From the NCBI GenBank assembly GCA_965199855.1, contig OZ241326.1, forward strand, positions 1,088,001 through 1,152,000: 64,000 nucleotides of DNA, written 5' to 3'. This DNA is from a bacterium (lineage in GTDB: Bacteria > UBA8248). Shown here in pieces: positions 1-10,485 of this stretch (position 1 is the stretch's first letter; every line of letters starts with the position of its first letter). Both the position numbers and the translations under genes were made by a program. The notes beneath the pieces were generated by a model. The model ran no database searches and was not told where the DNA came from. It saw only the letters and a program-made list of their open reading frames with translations.

Positions 1-113
1 TCGCCGAACTCGCGCGGGAGGTGATTCCCCTTTGCGCGGAGGTGTTCGATGCGCCCGTCTCGGTGGAGGCCGACCCGGCGCGAATCGCGGAGGCGCTCCC
101 GCGCGCTTCGTGA
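1..113 (+). CDS. 3' end of an unidentified upstream gene (partial)
   Basis: Frame from position 3 reads AELAREVIPLCAEVFDAPVSVEADPARIAEALPRAS then TGA 111-113, just before the ExbB start. Confidence 0.4.
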   Translation, partial: AELAREVIPLCAEVFDAPVSVEADPARIAEALPRAS

Positions 114-117
114 GCCG

Positions 118-888
118 ATGAATCCGTCCGGCGGAAAGCGGCGCCTGGCCGCGGGCCTGGCGGGCGCCTTCGCGCTGCTCGCGGCGTCGCCCGCGCTCGC
201 CGCGCAGGCGGCCTCGTGGTGGGGCTTCACGCCCGGGGCGTGGGAGCTCCTCAAGAAGGGGGGCTACACGATGATCCCCCTGGGGGTCTGCTCGGTCGTC
301 GCGCTCGCGGTGACACTCGAGCGGCTCCTCGCCCTCAGGCGGAGAAAGGCGCTGCCCGACGATCTGGTCGCCGCCTCCGAGAGATACTGGCGGCGCGGCG
401 ACCTGACGGCGGCGGCCGACGTATGCGAGCGCTTCGACGCGCCTCTCGCGCGGGTGCTGAGGGCGGCGCTCGCCCGGCGCCGCCTGGGGCTGGGCGAGAT
501 GGAGCGCGCCATGATCGGCGCGGGCCAGCACGAATCGACCGTCCTCTCGCGCAACCTGCGCGCCCTGGGCGTCATCGCCAACCTCGCGCCGATGCTGGGG
601 CTGTTCGGCACCGTCGTGGGCATGATTCGCGCCTTCGACGTCATCAGCCGCGCCGGAACGGGGAATCCGAATCTGGTGGCGGAGGGAATTTCCGAAGCCC
701 TGTTCACCACGGCGGCGGGCCTTTTGATAGGCATCCCCTCCCTGGCGGCGTATCACTTTTTCCGCTCGCGCGGGGATCGCCTCCTGTTCGAGATGGAATC
801 CATCGCCCTGTCGCTCCTTCAGAGCCTGGCGGCGCAGGCCGACGAACTCCCCCGGGGGCCGCGCGGCGCGCCCCGCGAGGGGGCCTGA
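118..888 (+). CDS. exbB: MotA/TolQ/ExbB proton channel family protein
   Basis: APMLGLFGTVVGMIRAF and GISEALFTTAAGL motifs; N-terminal signal-like segment; start taken at ATG 118. Confidence 0.9.
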   Translation: MNPSGGKRRLAAGLAGAFALLAASPALAAQAASWWGFTPGAWELLKKGGYTMIPLGVCSVVALAVTLERLLALRRRKALPDDLVAASERYWRRGDLTAAADVCERFDAPLARVLRAALARRRLGLGEMERAMIGAGQHESTVLSRNLRALGVIANLAPMLGLFGTVVGMIRAFDVISRAGTGNPNLVAEGISEALFTTAAGLLIGIPSLAAYHFFRSRGDRLLFEMESIALSLLQSLAAQADELPRGPRGAPREGA

Positions 889-1289
889 TGCGCTTTCGGC
901 GCGGCGGGGAGGAGGACTACAGCCTCCAGCTCACGTCGCTGATAGACGTGGTGTTCCTGCTCCTGATCTTCTTCATGGTGTCCACCTCCTTCGTGGACTT
1001 CACCCGCAGGCTCGACATCCAGCTGCCCGAGAGCGAATCGGGCGCCGAGGTTGTCGAGAAAAAATCGTTTCTCGTCGAAGTCGGCGTGGAGAAGCGAATC
1101 TCCCTGAACGGCGAGCCTGTCGCGCTGGAGGCGCTCGAAGGCCGGCTGAAGGCGGGCGTCGAGGGAGGAGGATTCAAGCGCTCCCTGATGCTCAAGGCGG
1201 ACAGGCGCCTCGATTACGGCTACGTGGTCAGGGTGATGGGACTCGTCTCCCGGGCGGGCGTCCGTGACATCTCGCTGGCGATGAAGTAG
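888..1289 (+). CDS. exbD: ExbD/TolR biopolymer transport protein
   Basis: LTSLIDVVFLLLIFFMV motif; TGATG overlap with exbB stop. Confidence 0.9.
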   Translation: MRFRRGGEEDYSLQLTSLIDVVFLLLIFFMVSTSFVDFTRRLDIQLPESESGAEVVEKKSFLVEVGVEKRISLNGEPVALEALEGRLKAGVEGGGFKRSLMLKADRRLDYGYVVRVMGLVSRAGVRDISLAMK

Positions 1290-1347
1290 CGCGGAGAGGC
1301 GCCTCGGGCGCGCCCCGCGTTTTCCGGCTCGACGATGGAGAAAAAGC

Positions 1348-2013
1348 ATGACGCGCGGGCGGGCCGACTCCACGGTCTCCATGCCGCGGAAGCCGGGCGC
1401 CGTCACGCGCCTTCTTCTGCTCCGGCACGGCGCGGCCGAGGGGTCGAGGGAGGGCCGCTTCTACGGCGCCACCGACGCGCCGCTGCTGGCCGAGGGCGAG
1501 GCGCAGGCGCGCGAGGCGGCCGCGCGCGCCGCGGCGTGGCTGAGGGCGGCGGAAACCGCGCTTTACGCCAGTCCGCTCGTCCGCTCCGCGCGAACGGCGG
1601 AGATTCTGGCGGGGGCGATGGGGCTGGACGCGAAGCCGCGCGTCGTCCCCGAAATCGCCGAGCTTCGCCTGGGCGACTGGGAGGGGGAGACGCATGGCTC
1701 CCTCATGGAGAAGAGCCCCGCGCGCCTCCGCGCGCACTATGAGAACTTCGTCCATTCCGGGCCGCCGGGCGGCGGGGAGTCGCTGGCGGAGCTCGCCGCG
1801 CGCGTCCTGCCCGCGCTTCGCCTCCTGCGCGGGCGCGAGAGGGGGAAGAACGTCATCGTCTGCGGCCACGCGGCGGTGAACCGGGTGATTCTGTGCGACG
1901 CGCTGGGCGCGCCGCTCGACAGCTTCTTCCGGCTGGAGCAGGACTTCGCCGCGCTGAACGTGATCGATTATCATGAAGGCGGCGCCCCCCTCGTCCGCGC
2001 CATGAACGCCTGA
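1348..2013 (+). CDS. Histidine phosphatase family protein (CobC/PGM-like)
   Basis: LLRHG, ASPLVRS, GDWEG, GGESL and CGHAAVNR motifs; start could also be 1381. Confidence 0.85.
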   Translation: MTRGRADSTVSMPRKPGAVTRLLLLRHGAAEGSREGRFYGATDAPLLAEGEAQAREAAARAAAWLRAAETALYASPLVRSARTAEILAGAMGLDAKPRVVPEIAELRLGDWEGETHGSLMEKSPARLRAHYENFVHSGPPGGGESLAELAARVLPALRLLRGRERGKNVIVCGHAAVNRVILCDALGAPLDSFFRLEQDFAALNVIDYHEGGAPLVRAMNA

Positions 2014-2113
2014 GCGCCGCCCTCGCGCGCGGGTTCGCTCTCGGCGCGCGATGGAATGATGACTTTCCGGCGAAAATTTTCTATATTCCCCGTTTTCGCT
2101 TCGCGGAGAAGCC

Positions 2114-3412
2114 ATGCGGCTCATCGAGAAGATCCGGAAGAGGCGGGTTCGCGCCTGCGTGGTGGGGCTGGGCTACGTCGGCCTGCCGCTCGCCCTGGAG
2201 CTCGCCCGCGCCGGCTACCGGGTCGTCGGCCTGGACGCGGACGCCGCCCGCGTCGGCGCCCTGCGGGAGGGGAGGAGCTACATCACGGACGTGTCCGGGG
2301 AAAGCCTCTCCGGGGCGCTGGAGACGGGCCGCCTGGAGTTCGCCTCCGACGAGCGGGTGCTCGGCGAGGCGGACGTCATCAGCATCTGCGTTCCCACGCC
2401 CCTGGGCAAGACGGGCGATCCGGATTTGTCCTTCGTGCGGGCCGCCCTGGAGAGCGTCAGGCGCCGCCGCCGGCGGGGGCAGCTCTACGTGCTCGAAAGC
2501 ACGACCTGGCCGGGCATGACCGAGGAGGTCGCCCTGCCGCTCCTCTCCGAGGAGGGGTGGAAGGCGGGCGAGGATTTCTGCCTCGCGTTCTCGCCCGAGC
2601 GCGTGGACCCCGGAAACGAGCGCTACGGCACGAGAAACATCCCGAAGGTCGTGGGCGGCGTGACGCGAACCTGCGCGGACTGCGCCTGCGCCTTCTACGA
2701 GGGCGGCATCGACAGAATCGTGCGCGTCGGCTCGCCCCGGGCCGCCGAGATGGTGAAGCTGCTGGAAAACACCTTCCGCAGCGTCAACATCGGCCTGGTG
2801 AACGAGATGGCGAAGATGTGCCACGCCCTCGACGTGGACATCTGGGAGGTGATCGAGGCGGCGAAGACGAAGCCGTTCGGCTTCATGCCCTTCTATCCCG
2901 GCCCGGGCCTGGGGGGGCACTGCATTCCCGTGGATCCCCTCTACCTCTCCTGGAAGGCGCGGCAGGCGGGCTTCGAGTCGAGGTTCATCGAACTGGCCGA
3001 GCAGGTGAACAACTCGATGCCCCCGTTCGTCGTGGAGCTCGTCGCGAAGGCGCTCGGCGAGAGGGGCAAGGTGCTGAACGGCGCGAAGACGTTGCTGATA
3101 GGGGTAACCTACAAGGCGGACGTGGCCGACCTCCGCGAGAGTCCCGCCCTGGACGTCTGGCTGCGGCTGGAGCGGCTCGGCGCCGTCGTCTCCTATTCGG
3201 ACCCTTACGTGCCGGAAATCGACGTCCACCCCATCAAGGCGCGGTCGCGGCCCATCGACGCCGGTTCGCTCCGCGAATACGACTGCGTGGCGCTTCTGGC
3301 GAACCACAGGTCACTGGACAGAAAGCGCATCTACGATCACGCGCGCTGCATCGTGGACACCCGGAACGCCTTCGCGGATTTCGGACGAAGCGACCATCTG
3401 GTCGGGCTGTGA
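2114..3412 (+). CDS. Nucleotide-sugar dehydrogenase (UDP-GlcNAc/UDP-ManNAc dehydrogenase family)
   Basis: GLGYVGLP, ICVPTP, LESTT, FSPER and GGHCIPVDP motifs. Confidence 0.92.
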   Translation: MRLIEKIRKRRVRACVVGLGYVGLPLALELARAGYRVVGLDADAARVGALREGRSYITDVSGESLSGALETGRLEFASDERVLGEADVISICVPTPLGKTGDPDLSFVRAALESVRRRRRRGQLYVLESTTWPGMTEEVALPLLSEEGWKAGEDFCLAFSPERVDPGNERYGTRNIPKVVGGVTRTCADCACAFYEGGIDRIVRVGSPRAAEMVKLLENTFRSVNIGLVNEMAKMCHALDVDIWEVIEAAKTKPFGFMPFYPGPGLGGHCIPVDPLYLSWKARQAGFESRFIELAEQVNNSMPPFVVELVAKALGERGKVLNGAKTLLIGVTYKADVADLRESPALDVWLRLERLGAVVSYSDPYVPEIDVHPIKARSRPIDAGSLREYDCVALLANHRSLDRKRIYDHARCIVDTRNAFADFGRSDHLVGL

Positions 3413-3478
3413 CGCCGCGCGGCTCCGGCGGGAGGCTCGCGCTTTTCGCGCGTCCCGAAAAATAACGCCCCGGGGCGG

Positions 3479-3507
3479 TTGACATCGGCGGGCGCATGGG
3501 GTTTATT
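3479..3507 (+). promoter_or_regulatory. sigma70-like promoter of rplM-rpsI
   Basis: TTGACA 3479-3484, 17 bp spacer, TTTATT 3502-3507. Confidence 0.55.
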
Positions 3508-3616
3508 GCGGCCTCGCTCCCGGAAGGACGCTCGCCGTCCGCGCGGGAGGCTTGGCGGGGCTGTCCATGCGCCTTCGTCCCGCCCGGCATGGTTCGCGAT
3601 TCAAGGAAGATGGCCG

Positions 3617-4066
3617 ATGAGAATGTACAAGAGGACGCCCGTCCTCACGAAGGAGCAGGCCGGCGCGCGGCGCGGCTGGGTGCTGGTGGACGCCAAGGAG
3701 CAGACCCTGGGGCGCCTTTCCACGCGCGTGGCGACGCTGTTGCGCGGGAAACACAAGCCGGACTGGAGCCCCCACGTCGACAACGGGGAGTTCGTCGTCG
3801 TCGTGAACGCGGAGCGGGTCGTGCTGACGGGCCGCAAGCTCTCGGACAAGAAGTATTACCGGCATTCCGGCTACCCCGGCCATCTCAAGGAGGTGAGCGC
3901 GGGGCGGCTGCTGGCGACGCGCCCCGAGCGCGTGATTCGCCACGCCGTGCGGGGAATGCTGCCGAAGAACAAACTGGGCCGCGCCCTGCTGCGGAAGCTG
4001 AAGGTCTATGCGGGCGAGGCGCATCCGCACGAGGCGCAGCGACCCGAAGCGGTTGGACTGGGCTAG
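3617..4066 (+). CDS. rplM: 50S ribosomal protein L13
   Basis: [27 protein letters not shown] and RGMLPKN motifs; AAGGAAG RBS before ATG 3617. Confidence 0.97.
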   Translation: MRMYKRTPVLTKEQAGARRGWVLVDAKEQTLGRLSTRVATLLRGKHKPDWSPHVDNGEFVVVVNAERVVLTGRKLSDKKYYRHSGYPGHLKEVSAGRLLATRPERVIRHAVRGMLPKNKLGRALLRKLKVYAGEAHPHEAQRPEAVGLG

Positions 4067-4093
4067 AACTCTCAAGAGGCTCCCGGCGTCGAT

Positions 4094-4489
4094 ATGGCCA
4101 CGATACCCAAGAGCTACGCCACCGGAAAGCGAAAGACCTCCGTCGCGCGCGTCTGGCTGGAGCCGGGCGACGGCAGGATTCTCGTCAACAACACGCCGGC
4201 GGACGAGTATTTTCTCCGCGCCACCTCGCTCATGGTGATCAAGCAGCCCTTCGAGCTGACCGAGACCTGGGGCAGCTACAACGTGCGCGCCACCGTGAAG
4301 GGCGGGGGACTCACCGGCCAGGCGGGCGCCGTTCGCCACGGCATCTCGAAGGCGCTGCTGGACGTGGACCCTGCGTTTCGGACGATTCTCAAAAAAGCGG
4401 GCCTCATCACGCGCGACTCCCGCGTCAAGGAGCGCAAGAAATACGGACTCAAGGGCGCGCGCAGGAGCTTCCAGTTCTCAAAGCGCTGA
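4094..4489 (+). CDS. rpsI: 30S ribosomal protein S9
   Basis: [21 protein letters not shown], ends [19 protein letters not shown]. Confidence 0.98.
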   Translation: MATIPKSYATGKRKTSVARVWLEPGDGRILVNNTPADEYFLRATSLMVIKQPFELTETWGSYNVRATVKGGGLTGQAGAVRHGISKALLDVDPAFRTILKKAGLITRDSRVKERKKYGLKGARRSFQFSKR

Positions 4490-4508
4490 TCGCCGCGGCA
4501 GTCGGTTC

Positions 4509-4539
4509 GGGGGGCTGGCTTTCGTCAGCCCCCCTTTTT
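4509..4539 (+). terminator. Rho-independent terminator after rpsI
   Basis: GGGGGGCTGGC-TTTC-GTCAGCCCCCC followed by TTTTT. Confidence 0.85.
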
Positions 4540-4580
4540 GCGCGAAAAACGGGCGGCGGACTTTTTCGGGACGAGGCGTC

Positions 4581-4619
4581 CGGGAGGGAGCGAGACATGC
4601 CGAAAGTCGCCGTGGTGGG
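4581..4619 (+). repeat. Direct repeat copy 1 of the argC RBS/start region
   Basis: 38/39 identical to 5451-5489; begins mini-ORF 4597-4635 MPKVAVVGAREE. Confidence 0.9.
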
Positions 4620-4636
4620 CGCGCGGGAGGAGTGAA

Positions 4637-5428
4637 GTGCGGAAAACCCTGAAGCGTCTCTTGCGTTTCGCCGAGGCTCTCGCGCGCCCGCTCGGCCTGA
4701 GGCTGTTCCTGCTGAGGGACGCGAGGGAAGCGGACTACTGCGTTCTGGACAAGAATATGTGGTCGCCGTTTCAGGAGAAGAACGAGAACGTGCGGCTATA
4801 CGAGAGGGGGCTTGAAAAAGTCGATGGCGCTGCGTCGGACAGCATCTACCGGCGGTTGCGCTTCTACAGCCTGTTCCAGATGATCCGGCACGTGCTTTCC
4901 CGAAGCGTCCCGGGCGACTTCGCGGAGTGCAGCGTATGGAAGGGGCATTCCGCGTGGTGCGCCGCCGCCTTGATGCGGAAGCATGGAGGCTCGAGGCGGC
5001 TCCACATTTTCGACTCTTTCGAGGGGCTGTCGGAGCGCGGGCGGGAGGACGGAACGAGGTTTTCCCTCAGTCCACGGAAGCTGGCGGAGGAGAGGCGGCT
5101 TTTCGCCTGCGGCGAGGAGGTCGTCCGCGAAAACCTGGAGGAGTTCGATTTTCTGGATTTCTACAAGGGGTGGATCCCGAGCCGCTTCGACGACGTGGCG
5201 GACAGGGCGTTCGCCTTCGTCCATATCGACGTGGATTTGCATCAGCCGACGATGGATTCGCTCGAGTTCTTCTTCGAGCGGCTGAGCCGGGGAGGCGTCA
5301 TCGTCGTCGATGACTACGGACACACCTCTTTCGAGGGATGCACCAGAGCGGTGCGGGAGTTCATCGGGAAGCATGATCCCGCGCTGTTCTACGAGACGCC
5401 GATGGGCGGCGCGTTCATCGTCAAATAG
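4637..5428 (+). CDS. TylF/MycF/NovP-related O-methyltransferase
   Basis: VPGDFAECSVWKG, FDSFEGL, KGWIP, FVHIDVDL and GGVIVVDDY motifs; GGAGGAG RBS before GTG 4637. Confidence 0.85.
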   Translation: MRKTLKRLLRFAEALARPLGLRLFLLRDAREADYCVLDKNMWSPFQEKNENVRLYERGLEKVDGAASDSIYRRLRFYSLFQMIRHVLSRSVPGDFAECSVWKGHSAWCAAALMRKHGGSRRLHIFDSFEGLSERGREDGTRFSLSPRKLAEERRLFACGEEVVRENLEEFDFLDFYKGWIPSRFDDVADRAFAFVHIDVDLHQPTMDSLEFFFERLSRGGVIVVDDYGHTSFEGCTRAVREFIGKHDPALFYETPMGGAFIVK

Positions 5429-5450
5429 GGAGGCCCGGCGGCGGGCGCTT

Positions 5451-5489
5451 CGGGAGAGAGCGAGACATGCCGAAAGTCGCCGTGGTGGG
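5451..5489 (+). repeat. Direct repeat copy 2 (functional argC RBS/start)
   Basis: Matches 4581-4619. Confidence 0.9.
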
Positions 5490-6504
5490 AGCCACGGGAT
5501 ACACGGGCTTCGAGCTGCTGAGGCTTCTCGCCTCGCACGGAGGCGCGGAGGTCTCGGCCATGACCTCCGAGACCTACGCGGGCAGGGGGGTGGAGGAGGT
5601 GTTCCCCGCTCTCGCCTCCGCCGTCGAGGGCAGGCTCGAGAAATTCGACCTCTCCGTCTGCGAGGGCGCCGACCTCGTGTTCTGCTGCCTGCCCCACCGG
5701 GTGGCGATGAACGCCGTGCCGCCCCTGCTGGAGGCGGGGCATCGGGTGGTGGATTTCTCCGCCGACTACCGCCTGCGGGACGCGAGCGTCTATGAAGCCT
5801 GGTACAAGACCCGGCACGCCTCGCCCGGGTGGATACCGGAGGCCGTCTATGGCCTGCCCGAGCTCTACCGGGAGGAGATCAGGAAGGCGCGCCTCGTCGC
5901 CAACCCGGGCTGCTACCCCACGGGAGCGATTCTCGCGCTGGCGCCGCTTCTGGCGGCGCGCCTCGTCGATCCCGCGTCCATCATCGTGGACGCGAAGTCG
6001 GGCGTTTCGGGAGCGGGCCGAAAGGCGGACCTGCCGCTTCAGTTCGGCGAGGTGAACGAGGGCTTCCGCGCCTACGGGGTGGGGAGCCATCGCCATACGC
6101 CGGAGATCGAGCAGGAGCTCTCCGCCGTCCTGGGCGAGGACGCGCGGATTTCGTTCACGCCCCATCTCGCGCCCATGACGCGGGGCATTCTCTCGACCAT
6201 CTACGCCGGCGCCGCGGGCGCGGCCGACGCGGCCGCCGCCCGCGCCGCGCTCGCGGACGCCTACGCGGAGGAGCCCTTCGTCCGCCTCATGCCCGAGGGC
6301 GCGCTTCCCGGCGTGGCGCAGGTGGCGGGCTCGAACTACGCGGACATCGGGCTGGCGCGCGACGCGCGGACGTCGCGCTTCGTCGTTGTGGCGGCGATAG
6401 ACAATCTGGTAAAAGGCGCGTCGGGAGCGGCGGTTCAGAACATGAACCTCATGCTCGGGCTTCCCGAGACGCAGGGGCTTCTCCATCCGGGACTCTGGAT
6501 GTGA
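5467..6504 (+). CDS. argC: N-acetyl-gamma-glutamyl-phosphate reductase
   Basis: GATGYTG, VANPGCYPT, SGVSGAGR and DNLVKGASG motifs. Confidence 0.97.
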   Translation: MPKVAVVGATGYTGFELLRLLASHGGAEVSAMTSETYAGRGVEEVFPALASAVEGRLEKFDLSVCEGADLVFCCLPHRVAMNAVPPLLEAGHRVVDFSADYRLRDASVYEAWYKTRHASPGWIPEAVYGLPELYREEIRKARLVANPGCYPTGAILALAPLLAARLVDPASIIVDAKSGVSGAGRKADLPLQFGEVNEGFRAYGVGSHRHTPEIEQELSAVLGEDARISFTPHLAPMTRGILSTIYAGAAGAADAAAARAALADAYAEEPFVRLMPEGALPGVAQVAGSNYADIGLARDARTSRFVVVAAIDNLVKGASGAAVQNMNLMLGLPETQGLLHPGLWM

Positions 6505-7715
6505 GCGAACGCGACTTCATACGGCCCGTCGAGGGCGGCGTCTGCGCGGCGGCGGGCGTGCGCGCCGCGGCCGTCGCCGCGGGCATCAAGGCGTCCGGCA
6601 GGCCCGACATGACGCTGCTCGCCTTCGACCCCCCGGCCGAGGCCGCCGGCGTCTATACCCGAAACAGGATATGCGCAGCCCCCGTCGCCCTGTGCCGCGA
6701 GCGCGTCGGCAGGGCGCCCCTGCGCGCGCTTCTCGTCAACAGCGGCAACGCGAACGCCTGCACGGGCGAGCAGGGCTACACAGACGCCGCGCGCCTTTGC
6801 GCCGAGGTGGCCCGCGCCCTCGACTGCCCGGAGGCGCAGGTCGCCATGTCCTCGACGGGACTCATCGGCGCGCCGCTCCCGATGGATCGGATGATCGCCC
6901 GAATCGGGGAGCTCGCCGCCGGCCTTTCCGCGGAAAACGGCCGCGCGGCGGCGGAGGGCATTATGACGACCGACACGCGGCCCAAGGAGTTCGCCGCGCG
7001 GGTGAGCGCCTCGGCCGGCGACTTCGCCATCGGCGGCATGGCCAAGGGCGCGGGGATGATCGCCCCGGACATGGCGACCATGCTCGCCTACGTCGTCACC
7101 GACGCCGCCCTCCCCCGGGCCGATTTGCGGGCGCTCCTGGCCGCCGCCGCGGACAAAACCTTCAACTGCGTGACGATAGACGGCGACACCTCCACGAACG
7201 ACACGGCGATTCTGGCGGCGACGGGCGCGTCCGGCGCGGCGGTGGAGTCGGCCGAGGACATGGAGCGGTTCGAGGCGGGGCTGCATCGGGTGTGCAGGGA
7301 GCTCGCCCTGGCCATCGCGCGCGACGGCGAGGGGGTGAACAAGGTGGTGGAGGTGCGGGTCGCCGGCGCCGCCAGCGAGGGGCAGGCGCGCCTGGCGGCG
7401 AAGGCGGTTTCGGAGAGCCTGCTGGTGAAGACGGCGATTCACGGCGAGATGCCCAACTGGGGGCGGGTGTTCGCGGCGGTCGGCCGCAGCGGCGCGGACC
7501 TCGCGCCGGAGAGGATGTCGCTCAGAATCGGGGACGTGGAGGTGATGCGCGGCGGCGCGCCCGTCCCGGGCTGGGCGGACGCCCTGCCCCCCGTGCTCGC
7601 GCGCTCCGAATACGGCCTCGAGCTCGGGCTGGGCGCCGGGGAGGCGGAGGCCGTTTTCTGGACGACGGACCTGAGCGCGGAATACGTCCGCTTCAACGCG
7701 GACTACAAGACCTGA
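6501..7715 (+). CDS. argJ: Ornithine acetyltransferase/N-acetylglutamate synthase
   Basis: NSGNANACTG, KGAGMIAPDMATML, DGDTSTND and ARDGEG motifs; GTGA overlap with argC stop. Confidence 0.96.
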   Translation: MSERDFIRPVEGGVCAAAGVRAAAVAAGIKASGRPDMTLLAFDPPAEAAGVYTRNRICAAPVALCRERVGRAPLRALLVNSGNANACTGEQGYTDAARLCAEVARALDCPEAQVAMSSTGLIGAPLPMDRMIARIGELAAGLSAENGRAAAEGIMTTDTRPKEFAARVSASAGDFAIGGMAKGAGMIAPDMATMLAYVVTDAALPRADLRALLAAAADKTFNCVTIDGDTSTNDTAILAATGASGAAVESAEDMERFEAGLHRVCRELALAIARDGEGVNKVVEVRVAGAASEGQARLAAKAVSESLLVKTAIHGEMPNWGRVFAAVGRSGADLAPERMSLRIGDVEVMRGGAPVPGWADALPPVLARSEYGLELGLGAGEAEAVFWTTDLSAEYVRFNADYKT

Positions 7716-7896
7716 AGCCTCCCTGCGGACGGCTTGAATCCTCCCCGCTCCTGTGAGACATTCGCCTCGCCGGGCGGCGGCGGAGCCGCGCGGCGCGAGA
7801 CTCGTCCGAAATCAAATCGCTGAAAATTCGGCCTCCTCCGCCGGGAGGCCGGCAGGGCCCCGCCTCGATGAAAGGCGGGGCGAAAGGAGCGTCCCC

Positions 7897-8694
7897 GTGA
7901 CCCCGATTACGCTGCGCGAGCTGCTGGAGGCCGGCGCCCACTTCGGGCACCAGACCACCCGATGGAACCCCAAGATGCGCCCCTACATCTTCGGCGCGCG
8001 AAAGGGCATCTACATCATCGACCTGCAGAAGACCCTCAAACTGTTCAACGCCGCGCGCGAGGCGGCGCGCGACATCGCGGCGAAGGGCGGCAAGATCCTC
8101 TTCGTGGGGACGAAGCAGCAGGCCCAGGAGATCGTGAGGGAGGAGGCGGGCGGGATCGGGATGCCCTACGTCACCCAGCGCTGGCTCGGCGGCACGCTCA
8201 CGAACTTCGCCACGATAAAGAACTCCATCGCGCGCCTCGTCGATCTCGAGACGATGAAGAACGACGGCACCTTCGCGCTTCTGGCGAAGAAGGAGGCGGT
8301 CAGGCGCGAGAAGGCCATGGCGCGGCTGGACAAGTTTCTGGGCGGCATCAAGCGCATGGAGAAGCTGCCCCAGGCGATGTTCGTCATCGACACGGCGCAT
8401 GAATACAACGCCATCCGCGAGGCCAGAAAGCTGGGCCTTCCCATCATCGCGGTGGTGGACACGAACTCGGACCCCGACGGGGTGGACCACGTCCTGCCGG
8501 GCAACGACGACGCCCTGCGCTCGATTCGCTTCTTCGTCTCCCGCATGGCGGAGGCCGTCGCCGAGGGCCTCGCCCTGCGCAGGGAGACGGGCGCCGAGGA
8601 CGTGGAGGCCGTCGTGGCCTCGGGCGACGCGGTGGCGGCGGAGATGATGGCGGCCGCCGCGGCCGGGGGGAGCGCCGGGGAGGCGAAGAAGTAG
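7897..8694 (+). CDS. rpsB: 30S ribosomal protein S2
   Basis: [28 protein letters not shown] and PGNDDA motifs; AAGGAG RBS before GTG 7897. Confidence 0.97.
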   Translation: MTPITLRELLEAGAHFGHQTTRWNPKMRPYIFGARKGIYIIDLQKTLKLFNAAREAARDIAAKGGKILFVGTKQQAQEIVREEAGGIGMPYVTQRWLGGTLTNFATIKNSIARLVDLETMKNDGTFALLAKKEAVRREKAMARLDKFLGGIKRMEKLPQAMFVIDTAHEYNAIREARKLGLPIIAVVDTNSDPDGVDHVLPGNDDALRSIRFFVSRMAEAVAEGLALRRETGAEDVEAVVASGDAVAAEMMAAAAAGGSAGEAKK

Positions 8695-8743
8695 CCGTTC
8701 GTTTCGGGCGCGGCCCGGATTTTCACGAGGAGAGGCTCAGGGA

Positions 8744-9613
8744 ATGGAAGTGACGGCCCAGATGGTCAAGGAGCTGAGAACCCGCACCGGCGCCGGCGTC
8801 ATGGACTGCAAGGAGGCGCTCCGGGAGAACGCGGGCGATTTCGAGGAGGCGGCGCGCTATCTGAGGGAAAAGGGGCTTTCCAGCGCGGCGAAGAAGGCGG
8901 GGCGCGCCGCGAGCGAGGGCCAGGTGTTCGCCTCCCTCGGGGAGGACGGACGCACGGGCGCCATCGTCGAGGTGAACTGCGAGACCGACTTCGTGGCGCG
9001 CACGGAGGACTTCCAGGCGCTCCTGGAGGCCGCCGCGCGCCGCGTGAAGGAGCAGGGCGGGGAGGGCTTGGCCGAGGCGCTCCGGGAGAAGGCGACGGAG
9101 GCCGTCGCCCGGCTGGGCGAGAACATCGTCATCGCGCGCGGGGAGCGCCTCGCGCTGGGCGAGGGCGAGGCGGGCCGGGTGGCCTCCTATATCCACCCGG
9201 GCGGGCGGGTCGGCGTCCTGCTCGCCTTGAGGTGCGAGACGCCGGCGAGGGCCGGCGAGGCCGCCTTCGCCGAAGCCGCGCGCGATCTGACGATGCACAT
9301 CGCGGCGAGCGCCCCCCGGTATCTCTCCGAGGAGGAGATACCCGAGGCGGTTCTCCGGAGCGAGCGCGAGATTCTGCTCGCCCAGCAGAGGGATTCGGGA
9401 AAGCCCGACAGCATTCTGGAGAAAATCGTCGAAGGGCGCATCAAGAAATACAAGAAGGAGATTTGCCTGCTCGATCAGCCGTTCGTCAAGGACGCCGATC
9501 AGACGGTGCGGGCGTATATGAAGGCCAGGGGCGAGGAGATGGGCGAGGAGATTCGGGTTTCCTCTTGGGCGCGCTTCCAGCTCGGCGAGGCCGCCGCGCC
9601 GGAGGAGGGGTAG
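8744..9613 (+). CDS. tsf: Elongation factor Ts
   Basis: [16 protein letters not shown] and [10 protein letters not shown] motifs; follows rpsB. Confidence 0.97.
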   Translation: MEVTAQMVKELRTRTGAGVMDCKEALRENAGDFEEAARYLREKGLSSAAKKAGRAASEGQVFASLGEDGRTGAIVEVNCETDFVARTEDFQALLEAAARRVKEQGGEGLAEALREKATEAVARLGENIVIARGERLALGEGEAGRVASYIHPGGRVGVLLALRCETPARAGEAAFAEAARDLTMHIAASAPRYLSEEEIPEAVLRSEREILLAQQRDSGKPDSILEKIVEGRIKKYKKEICLLDQPFVKDADQTVRAYMKARGEEMGEEIRVSSWARFQLGEAAAPEEG

Positions 9614-9674
9614 TCCCCCGCCGGGGCGCCTGCTCCCCGCCTTCCTCGACGTTCCGAAGCTTCCGGGGGTGCGC

Positions 9675-10451
9675 ATGAGAGGCGGCCTGCGATTCGGGAG
9701 GATTCTGCTCAAGCTCTCGGGCGAGGCGCTGGGAGGCGAACTCAGGCACGGCATCGATCACGCCGTCGTGGACGACATCGCGCAGGAAATCCGCGAGATT
9801 CACGAGATGGGGGTCGAGGTCGCCGTCGTCGTGGGCGGCGGGAACATCTTTCGGGGCGCGGCGGCGGCCGCCGCCGGCATGGAGCGAACCAACGCCGACT
9901 ACATGGGGATGCTCGGCACCGTCATCAACGCGCTCGCGCTTCAGCACGCGCTCGAGAAGGCGAGCCTCGCCACCCGCGTCCAGAGCGCCGTCCACATGGC
10001 CGAGCTGTGCGAGCCCTACATCCGGCGGCGCGCGGTGCGCCACATGGAGAAGAGCCGGGTGGTCATCTTCGCCGGCGGCACCGGAAACCCCTACTTCACG
10101 ACCGACACCACCGCGAGCCTCCGGGCGATCGAGGTGGGCGCCGAGTGCATCCTCAAGGCCACGAACGTGGACGGCGTCTTCTCCGCCGACCCCAACGAGG
10201 ACGACACGGCGAGGTTCATCGACGAGCTGACCTACATCGAGGTGCTCAACCGCCAGCTCGCCGTCATGGACACCACCGCCGTCAGCCTGTGCATGGACAA
10301 CGATCTGCCCATCATCGTCTTCAACCTCCTCAAGCCCGGCAACATCCGCCGCGTCGTGGAGGGGGAGCAGGTGGGGACGCTGGTGCGCGCCTCCCGGGCG
10401 GGCGCGCTCCGCCGGGCGGCGCCGGCGCCCCGGCGGGGGAGGGCGGGATGA
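9675..10451 (+). CDS. pyrH: UMP kinase
   Basis: [17 protein letters not shown] and [11 protein letters not shown] motifs. Confidence 0.97.
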   Translation: MRGGLRFGRILLKLSGEALGGELRHGIDHAVVDDIAQEIREIHEMGVEVAVVVGGGNIFRGAAAAAAGMERTNADYMGMLGTVINALALQHALEKASLATRVQSAVHMAELCEPYIRRRAVRHMEKSRVVIFAGGTGNPYFTTDTTASLRAIEVGAECILKATNVDGVFSADPNEDDTARFIDELTYIEVLNRQLAVMDTTAVSLCMDNDLPIIVFNLLKPGNIRRVVEGEQVGTLVRASRAGALRRAAPAPRRGRAG

Positions 10452-10485
10452 GCGCCCCCGGACTTCCGGCGAAGGGAGACGGGCT

